Below, in pieces: positions 7,639-16,879 of a stretch of 64,000 bases of DNA (its first letter is position 1; every line of letters begins with the position of its first letter). Under the pieces are notes generated by a model that saw nothing but the letters and a program-made list of their open reading frames with translations, ran no database searches and had not been told where the DNA came from. The stretch is taken from contig CAVTIC010000001.1 in the NCBI GenBank assembly GCA_963734685.1, positions 1,102,421 to 1,166,420 on the forward strand. Direction: 5' to 3'. Made by a program: the position numbers and the translations under genes. The DNA comes from an uncultured Actinomycetes bacterium (lineage in GTDB: Bacteria; Actinomycetota; UBA4738; HRBIN12).

Positions 7639-9855
7639 GTGTCGACCGAAGCCCCCACACGGCCCGAAGGGGCCAAGCACGTTCCCAAGCACGCTCCCAG
7701 CACGCGGAAGAAGGGATCCTTCCGACGATTCTGGTGGGTGTTCGTCCTCGTGCCACTGCTCGTGGTCGCGGCGCTGTTCGGATCGCTCTACGTTGCGTAC
7801 GCGCGCATCGAGCTGCCGGAGACCCTGCCGCCGATCCGCACCAGCTTCCTGTTCGACCGCAACGGCGAAGTCCTCACGTCGCTGCACGGCGCGGTCGACC
7901 GCAAGATCGTCGGGCTGAAGCAGATCTCGGACAATCTCGAGCACGCCGTGCTCGCCACCGAGGACGCCGGTTTCTACGAGCATCCCGGCATCGACGTGCG
8001 CGGCATCGTCACCGCCGCCTGGACCGACCTCGTGAAGCGCGACACCGTCGTCGGCGCCTCGACGATCACGCAGCAGCTGGTGAAGAACGTGTATGCCGGG
8101 GAGTACATCGAGCACCCGAACGGCACCCAGGAGTACATCGTGCCGCCGCGCACGATCAAGGAGAAGATCCGCGAGGCCCTGCTCGCGATCAAGGTCGAGC
8201 AGGAACTCTCGAAGGAGCAGATCCTCGCGAAGTACCTCAACACCGTGTACTTCGGCCACGGCGCATACGGGGCGGAGGCGGCTGCCCAGACCTACTTCGG
8301 CCATCCTGCGTCCGAGCTCACCGTGAACGAGTCCGCCGTGCTCGCCGCGGTGCTGCATGCACCGAGTCTCTACGACCCGATCAAGAGCAAGTTCGACAAC
8401 GAATTCCGGCGTGACTACACGCTCGACCAGATGGCGAAGTACGGCTACATACCGGGGAGCGAGGCGACGCGGCTGAAGGAGCTGCCGTGCTGCGGCATCC
8501 CGAAGTCGCAGAAGGAGGAGGGTGCGCGCATCTCGAGCCCACCCGAATGCGACTGCGAGTACTTCATCGAGTGGGCGCGCTCCGATCTGTTCCAGCTGTA
8601 CGGGAGTGCCCGCGTGTACGGCGGCGGTCTGCAGATCACCACCACCCTCGATCTCGAGCTCCAGCAGATGGCCGAGGACGCCGTCGACGCCAACCTGCCC
8701 GCGAAGAACTACCTCGGTGAGCCGAACCCCTCCGCCGCCCTCGTCACGATCGACAACGCGACCGGCGAGGTGCTCGCCATGGTCGGCGGCCGCAACTGGG
8801 AGCGCTCGAAACTGAACCTCGCGACGCTGCCGTGTGAGGGATGCGGACGCCAAGCCGGCTCCGCCTTCAAGCCGTTCACGCTGGCCGCCGCGTTGGAGCA
8901 AGGGTTCGCTCTCACAGGGAAGTATTGGTCGGGCCCGTCCACGATCACGATCCCCGACGAGCAGTGCGCGGGGCCAGACGGCCTCTGGACGCCGACGAAC
9001 GCGGGCGACAGCTCCGCGGGCACCGTCGACCTCTACGGCGCCACGCAGAACTCGGTGAACACCGTGTTCGCCCAGCTCGTCTCGGCCCTCGAAGGTGGGC
9101 CCGCCGCCGTGGTCGACATGGCCCACCGGCTCGGCATCGAGTCGGAGCTCCCCGCTGTGTGCTCGATCACCCTCGGCAGTGTGCAGATCAACCCGCTCGA
9201 GATGACGAACGCGTACGCGACGCTCGCCGACCAGGGCACGTATCACCGGGCGAACCCGCTGCTCGAAGTGAACCGTCCCAATGGGCAACCCGCCGACAAG
9301 CGGGTGTCCTCCCCGGCCAAGGAAGGCAAACTCGAACCGGCCTACGCGAACCAGGTCACCTACGCCCTGCAGGCCGTGATCCAGGGTGGCACCGGGTCGT
9401 CGGCGTCGATCTACCCGTGGCCGGCCGCCGGCAAGACCGGCAGCGCGCAGGACAACGTCGATGCCTGGTTCTGCGGTTACACGGTGCAGCTCACGACGTG
9501 CGTGTGGGTGGGCTACCCCGACCAGCAGACGCCGCTGATCAACGTCGAGGGCGTGTCCACCGTCTACGGAGGCACGATCCCGGCCGCGATCTGGCACGAC
9601 TTCATGCTGCAGGCGATGGACTACGGCCAGCAGGAATGGGACTACTCGCTCATGCAGTTCCCCGACTACGAGCTGACGGGCGAGCTGGGGCCGCCGACCG
9701 TGGTCGCCTCGCCGACCCCGCCCCCGCCGCCGTCACCGAGCGAGGACCCTTCACCGAGCGAGGAACCCTCCCCGAGCGAGGACCCGAGCCCCTCGGGCGA
9801 CCCGAGCCCCTCGGGCGATCCGAGTCCGTCGGACGATCCCTCGCCGACGCCCTGA
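7639..9855 (+). CDS. ponA1: Class A penicillin-binding protein 1A (bifunctional transglycosylase/transpeptidase)
   Basis: 738 aa; N-terminal TM; GT51 motifs 'EDAGFYEHPGIDVRGI', 'QQLVKNVY', 'KEQILAKYLNTVYFGHGAYG'; transpeptidase 'SAFKPF' and 'KTGSAQ'; Pro/Ser-rich C-terminal tail. Confidence 0.92.
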   Translation: MSTEAPTRPEGAKHVPKHAPSTRKKGSFRRFWWVFVLVPLLVVAALFGSLYVAYARIELPETLPPIRTSFLFDRNGEVLTSLHGAVDRKIVGLKQISDNLEHAVLATEDAGFYEHPGIDVRGIVTAAWTDLVKRDTVVGASTITQQLVKNVYAGEYIEHPNGTQEYIVPPRTIKEKIREALLAIKVEQELSKEQILAKYLNTVYFGHGAYGAEAAAQTYFGHPASELTVNESAVLAAVLHAPSLYDPIKSKFDNEFRRDYTLDQMAKYGYIPGSEATRLKELPCCGIPKSQKEEGARISSPPECDCEYFIEWARSDLFQLYGSARVYGGGLQITTTLDLELQQMAEDAVDANLPAKNYLGEPNPSAALVTIDNATGEVLAMVGGRNWERSKLNLATLPCEGCGRQAGSAFKPFTLAAALEQGFALTGKYWSGPSTITIPDEQCAGPDGLWTPTNAGDSSAGTVDLYGATQNSVNTVFAQLVSALEGGPAAVVDMAHRLGIESELPAVCSITLGSVQINPLEMTNAYATLADQGTYHRANPLLEVNRPNGQPADKRVSSPAKEGKLEPAYANQVTYALQAVIQGGTGSSASIYPWPAAGKTGSAQDNVDAWFCGYTVQLTTCVWVGYPDQQTPLINVEGVSTVYGGTIPAAIWHDFMLQAMDYGQQEWDYSLMQFPDYELTGELGPPTVVASPTPPPPPSPSEDPSPSEEPSPSEDPSPSGDPSPSGDPSPSDDPSPTP
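9727..9855 (+). repeat. Tandem ~18-nt coding repeat (about 6 copies) encoding (P-S-P-S-[EGD]-[DE/P]) at the 3' end of ponA1
   Basis: DNA 'ccgagcgaggacccttca ccgagcgaggaaccctcc ccgagcgaggacccgagc ccctcgggcgacccgagc ccctcgggcgatccgagt ccgtcggacgatccctcg'; protein 'PSPSEDPSPSEEPSPSEDPSPSGDPSPSGDPSPSDDPSPTP'. Confidence 0.7.
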
Positions 9856-9900
9856 GTCTCACGATCCGGCGCTCGCGTGCGGCGCCCGTGCCGACCTGAC

Positions 9901-12078
9901 CTACGAGGCCTCGTGCAGCGCCGAGCCTCGTGAGGCGGCCAGCTCGTCGAGCGGCAGTGACGCGATGATCGACGTGCCCCGCCCCGGCGAGGAACGCACG
10001 ACGAGCGAGCCGCTCGCGAGCTCGACCCGTTCCCGCATCGAGGCGAGCCCGACGCGACCGTCCCGCAGGAAGTCGCGCGCGAGTGCCGCGTCGAACCCCT
10101 GCCCGTCGTCCTCGACCTCGACACGCAGCTGCGAGTCGTTCGCCTCGACGATCACGCCGACGTGCGTCGCCTCCGAGTGCTTGGCGACGTTCGACAGCGC
10201 CTCCTGCACCACCCGGTAAGCGAGCGTCTCGAGGTCCTCGGGCAGCGGCACGTCGACCCGCCCGGAGAAGTCGGTGTCGACGCCTTGGTCGGCACCGAAC
10301 CGCACCAGCGTCTCGCGCAGGGCCGCGAGCAGGCCGCGTTCCTCGAGCACGGGTGGACGCAGCCCCGACATCAACCGGCGCAGGGCGTCGGCTTCTCCTG
10401 CGAGCTCCTCGCGGATCTTCGTGAGCACCTCGACGCCCTGGTCCACGTCGCCGGCCCTGATCATGAGCAGCGCGGCCTCGAGCGAGAGTGACGCGGCCGA
10501 GACGCCTTGGACCGGCCCGTCGTGCAGGTCGCGAGCGATGCGGTTGCGTTCGCCCTCGATCGCGGCGTTCGTGCGCCGCATCAAGCGGCTGCGGTCCTCG
10601 TCGCGGTCCTGCAGGAACTGGAACAGCGACCGGATCGTCTGGTCGGCGACCCGGGCCGCGGTCACGTCGCGCACGAGCAGCAGGGTGCGCGGCGGCCTGG
10701 TGGGCACGGCCGAGGATCGCGACTCCAGGTGTAGCACCTGTCCGTCGGTGCGGGAGATCTGCGATTGCCCGCCCTGAGGCAGCAGGGCGAAGGCTTGGTC
10801 GGCGCCGACGACCACCGAGGCCAGAGCCGTCCACGGCTGGTCCTCGATCGACCCACGGGGCAGGGTGATCATCGATGCGAAGGCCTCGTTCGCTCGCAGC
10901 ACGACCCCTCGTTCGTCGAGTTCCACGACACCGTCGACCGCTGTCTCGAACACGAGCCGAAGGTGCTCCTCGGACTGGCGGAGCGTCTCGTTCGCCTCTC
11001 GGACGCGCTCGAGCGCCTCGTCGGTCTCCTGCAGGGCGCGCTCCTTCTGCTCCAGCGCGTCGCGCGCCTCCCGATACGCCGCCGTGCTCGCGCTCTGGTT
11101 CGACAGGATCCGGGCCGCGATGCCGAGACCGAGGAGCAGGATGATGGCGGTGGACTGCTCACCATCGAGCCCGCGCTCGTCGTCGACGATCGCCACGGCC
11201 GCGAGCGCCGCGCAGGCCGTCACGACTGAGAAGCTGGTGAGTACCGGCCGGGCCCAGCGCCGGGGGGCGACGTGCGAGTCGGCCCCGTCCCCGATGTCGC
11301 CGTCGAGCAACGCCCAGGCGGCGAACGCGAGCGGTGCCAGCAGGAACGGCAGCGCGATCGATGGCATCGTGCTGTCGAACAGGCCCCTGGTCCAGTTCCA
11401 CCCGAAGGTCGCGGTCGCCGCGGCCGTGCCCGCGAAGATACCGAACAACACGAGATGGCGACGCGACGGCGCCCACAGCAGGAGCGCGCCGAATGCGGCG
11501 AGCTGGGTCGCCGTGAGCACGCTGAAGATCGCGGCCGTCATCGAGGCCTCGGGCGAGGCGTCGAAGGGCCGAACCACCATGTACATCAGCGCGGTCACCG
11601 ACGCGACGATCAGGAACACGTCGGTGCCGATCTCCAGGCCGTCGCGCTCGTCGAAGTGGTCGCGGAACTCGGCTCGCGCGAACAGCATGATCGGCGCGAG
11701 GAACAAGGCGAATGCGAGGTCGATCACCGGGGGCTCGAAGCTGCCGGTCCCCCGCACGTCGGGGACGAGCAGGAAGACCCCGTTGAGCAGTCCGATCATG
11801 AACAACGCGTACGCGAGATGTACCGTGCCCCGCCACGCATGACCGAGCCCAACGCCCCGCAGGATCATGCCGCCCGAGAGCAGGCACACGCCCGCCACCA
11901 TGGCCTCGGTCGCCTGGGTCTGCTGCTCCGATCTGGCAGGGAAGGCCAGGTAGGTGAGCACCGCGCCGAGCCCGACCACGGCGAGGAACAGCCCGGTGGC
12001 CACGCGGGCGCGTGGACGAACGGCGACGTCGCTCATGTGGGAAACATGATGCCCGCTCGGGGCACCTGACTCCATCAC
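9901..12078 (-). CDS. Membrane sensor histidine kinase (multi-TM sensor, PAS, HisKA_3, HATPase_c)
   Basis: 725 aa; about 9 N-terminal TM helices, coiled-coil, PAS-like region, H-box 'ERNRIARDLHDGPVQ' (HisKA_3), ATPase region with 'DDGQGFD' and 'GLASMRERV'. Confidence 0.85.
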   Translation of the reverse strand: MMESGAPSGHHVSHMSDVAVRPRARVATGLFLAVVGLGAVLTYLAFPARSEQQTQATEAMVAGVCLLSGGMILRGVGLGHAWRGTVHLAYALFMIGLLNGVFLLVPDVRGTGSFEPPVIDLAFALFLAPIMLFARAEFRDHFDERDGLEIGTDVFLIVASVTALMYMVVRPFDASPEASMTAAIFSVLTATQLAAFGALLLWAPSRRHLVLFGIFAGTAAATATFGWNWTRGLFDSTMPSIALPFLLAPLAFAAWALLDGDIGDGADSHVAPRRWARPVLTSFSVVTACAALAAVAIVDDERGLDGEQSTAIILLLGLGIAARILSNQSASTAAYREARDALEQKERALQETDEALERVREANETLRQSEEHLRLVFETAVDGVVELDERGVVLRANEAFASMITLPRGSIEDQPWTALASVVVGADQAFALLPQGGQSQISRTDGQVLHLESRSSAVPTRPPRTLLLVRDVTAARVADQTIRSLFQFLQDRDEDRSRLMRRTNAAIEGERNRIARDLHDGPVQGVSAASLSLEAALLMIRAGDVDQGVEVLTKIREELAGEADALRRLMSGLRPPVLEERGLLAALRETLVRFGADQGVDTDFSGRVDVPLPEDLETLAYRVVQEALSNVAKHSEATHVGVIVEANDSQLRVEVEDDGQGFDAALARDFLRDGRVGLASMRERVELASGSLVVRSSPGRGTSIIASLPLDELAASRGSALHEAS

Positions 12079-12164
12079 CCGGCTGGGGGTCCTTGGGGAC
12101 CAGATGGACTAGCCCGGAGAGGGGACGGGCGCTCGGAGCGGCGCCCCGGCGAAGGGCGGTTGCC

Positions 12165-12836
12165 CTACTCGATCAGCCGCCGGCGCAACGCCTCGGCGAC
12201 GGCCGCGGTGCGGTCGGAGGCGCCGAGCTTCTCGAAGATGTGTTCGAGGTGGGTCTTCACCGTGTCGGGCGAGATGTAGAGGCGCTCGGCGATGTCGCGG
12301 TTCGTGTGCCCGAACGCGAGCAGCTGCAGCACCTCGATCTCGCGGGCCGTGAGCGTCTCGGCCTTGCGGTCGCGTTCCTTGGCTGTCGACAGCTCCTCGG
12401 CCAGGGCGACCACCAGCTGTGGGTCGATCACCATGTTGCCTCCGGCCACCAGGCGCACCGTCTGGATCAGGTGCTCGGCGTCGCGGGCCTTCAAGACGTA
12501 CCCGCGAGCGCCGGAGCGGACGGCTTCTACGACGAACTGGCGGTCGTCGTATGCGGTGAGCATGATCACGCCGATGTCGGGCCACCTGTCGCGGATCTCC
12601 CGCGCGGCCTCGAGGCCGTCCATCTCCGGCATGCGGATGTCGATCAGCGCGATGTCGGGCGTCTCGGTCCCGATCAGGTCGAGAAGCTCCTTGCCGTCGG
12701 CCGCTTCGCCGACCACCTCGATGCCGTCGGCCATGTCGAGGTACCGTCGAAGGCCCTGTCGTACCAGCGAGTGGTCGTCCGCGATCGCAACCCTGATCGT
12801 CACGTTCCCCTCCTGAGGGCCCCCCGAGTTCCGCAC
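12165..12836 (-). CDS. NarL/LuxR-family response regulator
   Basis: REC domain 'IAIADDHSLVRQGL...DIALIDIRMPEMDG' and LuxR HTH 'LTAREIEVLQLLAFGHTNRDIAERLYISPDTVKTHLEHIFEKLG'; lies upstream of the HK on the same strand. Confidence 0.88.
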   Translation of the reverse strand: MRNSGGPQEGNVTIRVAIADDHSLVRQGLRRYLDMADGIEVVGEAADGKELLDLIGTETPDIALIDIRMPEMDGLEAAREIRDRWPDIGVIMLTAYDDRQFVVEAVRSGARGYVLKARDAEHLIQTVRLVAGGNMVIDPQLVVALAEELSTAKERDRKAETLTAREIEVLQLLAFGHTNRDIAERLYISPDTVKTHLEHIFEKLGASDRTAAVAEALRRRLIE

Positions 12837-12894
12837 ATCCTAATCGTTCGGCGGCCGACCCGATGCGAAGGCGGTGTCGGGAGGCCCGCCTGCA

Positions 12895-14070
12895 TCAGAA
12901 GACGTCCCACCAGTTCACGAACAACGCCGCCAGCAGCGCGTACGCGCCGGCGGAGACGGCGATCACCGCCGACGCCGGGAGCCTGCCTCGTGCCACCGCG
13001 CGGGCGATCACCCAGAACGCCGGGAACACCACGAGCACGAACCGCGGCATCGACAGCAGCGGCCGCACCGGCCACGGATAGAACAGAGGCACCGCGAGGC
13101 TCGCGAGCGCGTACACCGAGTACCCGGGCCGCAGCCACCGGAGCCCCGCGATCACCGCCACCAACACCACGCCCACGACGAGCGCGTCGACGAGCCAGTA
13201 GCCGCCCAGACTCCACGCGTCGCCGGTCGCGTCGATCAGGGTGCGCCACGGGACGGTCAGCTCGCGCTCCCAATTGCGCTGCGCCGCCCAGGGCGCCAGC
13301 GCGTCGTCGAAGCGCACCCGCCACCACACGAGGTACAAGGCCGGGCCGAGGCCGACCGCGAGCGCCGCGGCGAGACGAGGCGAGAGCGCCCGGCCGTCCT
13401 CGCGCCAGCGGTGCACCGCCTCGACACCGAGCGCGAGGACGAGCACGATGCCGACGCTACGCGTGCTGGCGGCGAGCGCGCCCGTGAGGGCCGCGACGCC
13501 CCATCGGTCGTGGCGCGCGAACCAGAACGTCGAGACCGCGAGCAGCAGGAACATGCTCTCCGAGTAGGGGGCCAGGAGGAAGAACGCCGTGGGGAAGATG
13601 GCCACGAGCAGCACCATGGTCCGCGCCGTCTCCCTCGTCATGCCCTCGAGGCGCGTGAGCCCGTGCAGCATCACGAGCGCGGCCGCGAAGCAGGCGTTCG
13701 AGACGATCAGCGCCGCGCCGAGCGGTCCGATGCCCGGCAGCCACGCGACGAGCTTGATCGCGAGCGGGTACAGCGGGAAGAACGCCGCGCTCCCGTCGGT
13801 CGGGTCGTAGCCCCGCGTTGCGATCGCCAGGAACCAAGCGGCGTCCTGGCGCTCGGCGGCCGTGAACAGCGCCCGCCACCCGAACTCGACGTGGGCGATC
13901 GGCCAGCCCGCGACCGCCGGCAGCCCTTCGCGGGGAGCGATCAGCGCGACCGCGACGAACCCGAGCACCGAGAACGCGATGCGCACCCCGAGGTAGGTGA
14001 TCAGCGAGTCGCGCACGCCGTCGCGCAGGCGCACCTCTGGCTGTGGTGCGTCGGCGACCTCCGTGCTCAC
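12895..14070 (-). CDS. GT-C fold integral-membrane mannosyltransferase (PIG-V/GPI-mannosyltransferase-2-like)
   Basis: Multi-TM protein with Trp/Tyr-rich loops; start set at GTG about 14070 (GTGA overlap with the upstream gene stop) instead of the ORF-track Met at 14169, which would overlap the upstream gene by about 100 nt. Confidence 0.5.
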   Translation of the reverse strand: MSTEVADAPQPEVRLRDGVRDSLITYLGVRIAFSVLGFVAVALIAPREGLPAVAGWPIAHVEFGWRALFTAAERQDAAWFLAIATRGYDPTDGSAAFFPLYPLAIKLVAWLPGIGPLGAALIVSNACFAAALVMLHGLTRLEGMTRETARTMVLLVAIFPTAFFLLAPYSESMFLLLAVSTFWFARHDRWGVAALTGALAASTRSVGIVLVLALGVEAVHRWREDGRALSPRLAAALAVGLGPALYLVWWRVRFDDALAPWAAQRNWERELTVPWRTLIDATGDAWSLGGYWLVDALVVGVVLVAVIAGLRWLRPGYSVYALASLAVPLFYPWPVRPLLSMPRFVLVVFPAFWVIARAVARGRLPASAVIAVSAGAYALLAALFVNWWDVF

Positions 14071-15344
14071 GCCGGGAGGGCCTCGGACCCGGTAGCGGTC
14101 GGCACGTGCATCGTCCGCCGTTCGATCTCGAGCGGCTCGACTTCCCGACGGATCCAGAGCACGACGCACCAGAGGAGCACTGCGGCCCGCAGCAGCAGCA
14201 TCGCCTCGAACACGTCATGGGAAGCACCCGGCGCTCCCTGCATGCGCCCGAACCAGGAGAACCGGGTCACGAACACGGCCACGTCGGCGAGTGAGAACGC
14301 CAGGAACGTCCACAGGTGTGGCAGCGCCAGGGCGAACCAGGGCAACAACCAGAGCCCGTATTGGGGCGAGTAGACCTTGTTCGAGAGCAGGAACAGGACC
14401 AGCACCGGTAGCCCCAAGGTCCACCGAGGGAAGTCGGGATGCCGCCGCGCCTTGATCGTCCACACGGCTGCGGTCACCGCGATGAACGCGAGCATGGAGA
14501 GCAGGTTGATCCTGCCGACCGGCAGACAGAAGTCCCGGTTGCGGCAGGCGATGTACCAGAGGCTGTCGTAGTCGGCCGGGCGGTCGGTGTTGAACCTGAA
14601 GAACGTGAACCAAGCGGTCGGCGCGATCACGGCGAAGGGCAGGTTGATCACGAGCCAGGTGCCGACCGCGCTCCACCCCAGCACGATCGCCCCGTCGGGC
14701 TTGCGTTCCCGCAGCCGTTGCACGAGCAGCGGCACGACGAGCAGGGCGGGATAGAGCTTCGTCGCGGCGCCCAGACCGAGCCAGATGCCGGCGGCCCGGT
14801 CGCGGCGCCTGAAGAACGCCAGGAGGCCGGCCGTCGCGAACGCCACGGCGACCAGGTCCCAGTTGATCGTGCCGTACACGAGCAACGTCGGGGCGAGCGC
14901 GAAGTAGAGGGCCCGCGACCCATTCGCGACGTAGAGCATGACCGCCGTCGCGACGGCGAACCCGGTGAGGATCAGCGCGTTGACCCAGTAGAACGGCGCG
15001 TACTCACCACCCGAGATGAAGGCGGCCAGCCGCATCACGTACATCGTGACCACCGGGTACTCGTCGCAGTTCACGTTCTCCCGGGCTTCACACGGGTCGA
15101 GGAACGGCAGCCGCGACCCACGCAGCTGCTCGGTGTCCAGCAGCGGCACCACGTCGCTGTAGCAGAGCAGCCGGTACTGAGGCAGATCGCTCCACTCCCC
15201 AGAGTCGCACGGGCCCTTCGATGCCGCGCCGATGGCCATCGTGCCGACCACGCAGGCCAGCACCACGCCGAGGCCAACGGTGGCTTTCGCGGCATGGCTC
15301 ATCGGGCCGCATCGTAGCCCTCGTCGAGCGGCGCACGCCGTCAC
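14067..15344 (-). CDS. GT87/DUF2029 family glycosyltransferase (alpha-mannosyltransferase, PimE/MptB-like)
   Basis: 425 aa, about 10 TM; 'GLGAATKLYPALLVVPLL' resembles the DUF2029 signature; tandem with a second GT-C enzyme. Confidence 0.6.
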   Translation of the reverse strand: MTACAARRGLRCGPMSHAAKATVGLGVVLACVVGTMAIGAASKGPCDSGEWSDLPQYRLLCYSDVVPLLDTEQLRGSRLPFLDPCEARENVNCDEYPVVTMYVMRLAAFISGGEYAPFYWVNALILTGFAVATAVMLYVANGSRALYFALAPTLLVYGTINWDLVAVAFATAGLLAFFRRRDRAAGIWLGLGAATKLYPALLVVPLLVQRLRERKPDGAIVLGWSAVGTWLVINLPFAVIAPTAWFTFFRFNTDRPADYDSLWYIACRNRDFCLPVGRINLLSMLAFIAVTAAVWTIKARRHPDFPRWTLGLPVLVLFLLSNKVYSPQYGLWLLPWFALALPHLWTFLAFSLADVAVFVTRFSWFGRMQGAPGASHDVFEAMLLLRAAVLLWCVVLWIRREVEPLEIERRTMHVPTATGSEALPA

Positions 15345-15424
15345 CTCGGGGTGGTTCCAGGCCGCGTTCGGCGACCGTGCTGCCCGGGTGACCGTATGAG
15401 TGTCGACTCGTAGAGTGTCCGGTC

Positions 15425-16180
15425 GTGAGGTACCGAGTGGAACAGCTCGCTGCGAGGTGCGACGTCTCGGTCGATACCGTGCGCTACTACCAGTCGCGAG
15501 GACTGTTGACGGCGCCCGTCCGGGAGGGGCGCGTGGCGTGGTACGGGCCCGAGCATGCCGAGCGCATCGCCGAGATCCGCTCGCTGCAGCGCAAGGGCCT
15601 GACCCTCGCGGCGATCAGCCGCGTGGTCTCGGGCGAGCTGGGTGCGGCGGATGCGGACCTGGCCGCAGCGGTGGCGGCGGCACGGGGCGAGGCGGGCGAC
15701 GGCAGGCGTGCCGGTGAAGGCCGAGGCGTGACGAGGCGCGATGACCCAGGGGAGCTGCTCACCCTCGACGAGTTCGCGGCGCGCAGCGGGGTGCCTGCCT
15801 CGCTGATCCAAGCGGTCGAACGCGAGGGCATCCGGCTCGGCCGTCGCGAGGAGGGCCACGCCCGCTACACGTCGGCCGACATCGAGCTGGTGCGGACCGC
15901 ACTCCGCCTGCTCGAGTTCGGGCTCCCCCTGCCCGACCTGTTGGAACTCGCTCGTGATGCCGACATCGCGATGCGCGGGCTCGCCGAGCGCGCGGTCGAC
16001 CTTTTCGACGAGCACGTGCGCAAGCCGATCCGCGACACCGCCGGCGACGACGAGCGCGCTGCCGAGCAGATGGTCGAGGCGTTCCGCGAGCTGCTGCCGG
16101 CTGTGACGACGCTCATCTCGCACCACTTCCGGCGGGTGCTGCTCGAGACCGCCGCGGAGCACATCGAGGAGCCGGCATGA
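15425..16180 (+). CDS. MerR family transcriptional regulator with tandem HTH_MerR domains
   Basis: Two MerR HTH signatures, 'VEQLAARCDVSVDTVRYYQSRGLL' and 'LTLDEFAARSGVPASLIQAVEREGI'; stop overlaps the menG start. Confidence 0.7.
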   Translation: MRYRVEQLAARCDVSVDTVRYYQSRGLLTAPVREGRVAWYGPEHAERIAEIRSLQRKGLTLAAISRVVSGELGAADADLAAAVAAARGEAGDGRRAGEGRGVTRRDDPGELLTLDEFAARSGVPASLIQAVEREGIRLGRREEGHARYTSADIELVRTALRLLEFGLPLPDLLELARDADIAMRGLAERAVDLFDEHVRKPIRDTAGDDERAAEQMVEAFRELLPAVTTLISHHFRRVLLETAAEHIEEPA

Positions 16181-16863
16181 GGACGCCGCTCCCGGAGGGG
16201 GAGGACAAGCGCCACGCCGTGCGGCGGTTGTTCGACGCGATCTCGCCCCGCTACGACCTCGTGAACCGGGTCATGACTTTCGGCATGGACGTCGGGTGGC
16301 GACGCACGGCGGTGTCGATCCTGCGCCTGCCGGGTCGGGCCCTGGTGGCCGATCTCGCCTGCGGCACAGGGGACTTCTGCCGCGAGTTGGAGCGCAACGG
16401 CTACCGAGCGGTCGGGTTCGACTTCTCTCACGGCATGCTCGTGAACGCCCGGACGGACGCGCCCCTCGTGGAAGCCGACGTCCTGCAGCTGCCGCTCGTC
16501 GACGGCTCGATCGACGGGGTCACGTGCGGGTTCGCGCTGCGCAACGTGGTCTCGCTCGCGGGGCTCTTCCGTGAGATCGGCCGGGTCGTTCGCCCAGGCG
16601 GTCGAGTCGCGTTGCTCGACGCAAGCGAGCCCGACAGCCGCGTGCTCCGCGCCGGACACGGCGTGTACTTCAACCGGGTGGTGCCGATGATCGGCGGCAC
16701 GATCTCGAGCCGGGCCGCCTACGCCTACCTCCCGAGATCGATGGCCTACCTGCCGCCTCCCGGCGAGATGGTCTCGATGCTCCGCGACGCGGGATTCCCC
16801 GACGCCGATCGACGTCAGCTCTCGAGCGGGCTCACTCAGCTCCTCGTGGGAACCCGCGGATGA
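16177..16863 (+). CDS. menG: Demethylmenaquinone methyltransferase / UbiE-MenG family
   Basis: 'AVRRLFDAISPRYDLVNRVMTFGMDVGWRR' (UbiE N-terminal motif) and SAM motif 'VADLACGTGDF'; men cluster context. Confidence 0.8.
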   Translation: MRTPLPEGEDKRHAVRRLFDAISPRYDLVNRVMTFGMDVGWRRTAVSILRLPGRALVADLACGTGDFCRELERNGYRAVGFDFSHGMLVNARTDAPLVEADVLQLPLVDGSIDGVTCGFALRNVVSLAGLFREIGRVVRPGGRVALLDASEPDSRVLRAGHGVYFNRVVPMIGGTISSRAAYAYLPRSMAYLPPPGEMVSMLRDAGFPDADRRQLSSGLTQLLVGTRG

Positions 16864-16879
16864 GCGGGGGAACCCGGGG

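Noticed and set aside
7498-9597. 699-aa minus-strand ORF antisense to ponA1, and similar long antisense ORFs at 3852..5669, 37226..39676, 41938..44556, 51176..53131, 52068..53804, 60974..62641, 25424..27223 and 12874..14373
   Set aside because: They are Arg/Pro/Gly/Asp-rich low-complexity translations typical of stop-codon-poor high-GC DNA. Each lies opposite a gene with strong family motifs.
9727-9855. Short direct-repeat array considered as a possible CRISPR
   Set aside because: The repeats are 18 nt, contiguous without spacers, in-frame within ponA1, and encode a PSPSED tail. No cas genes are present.
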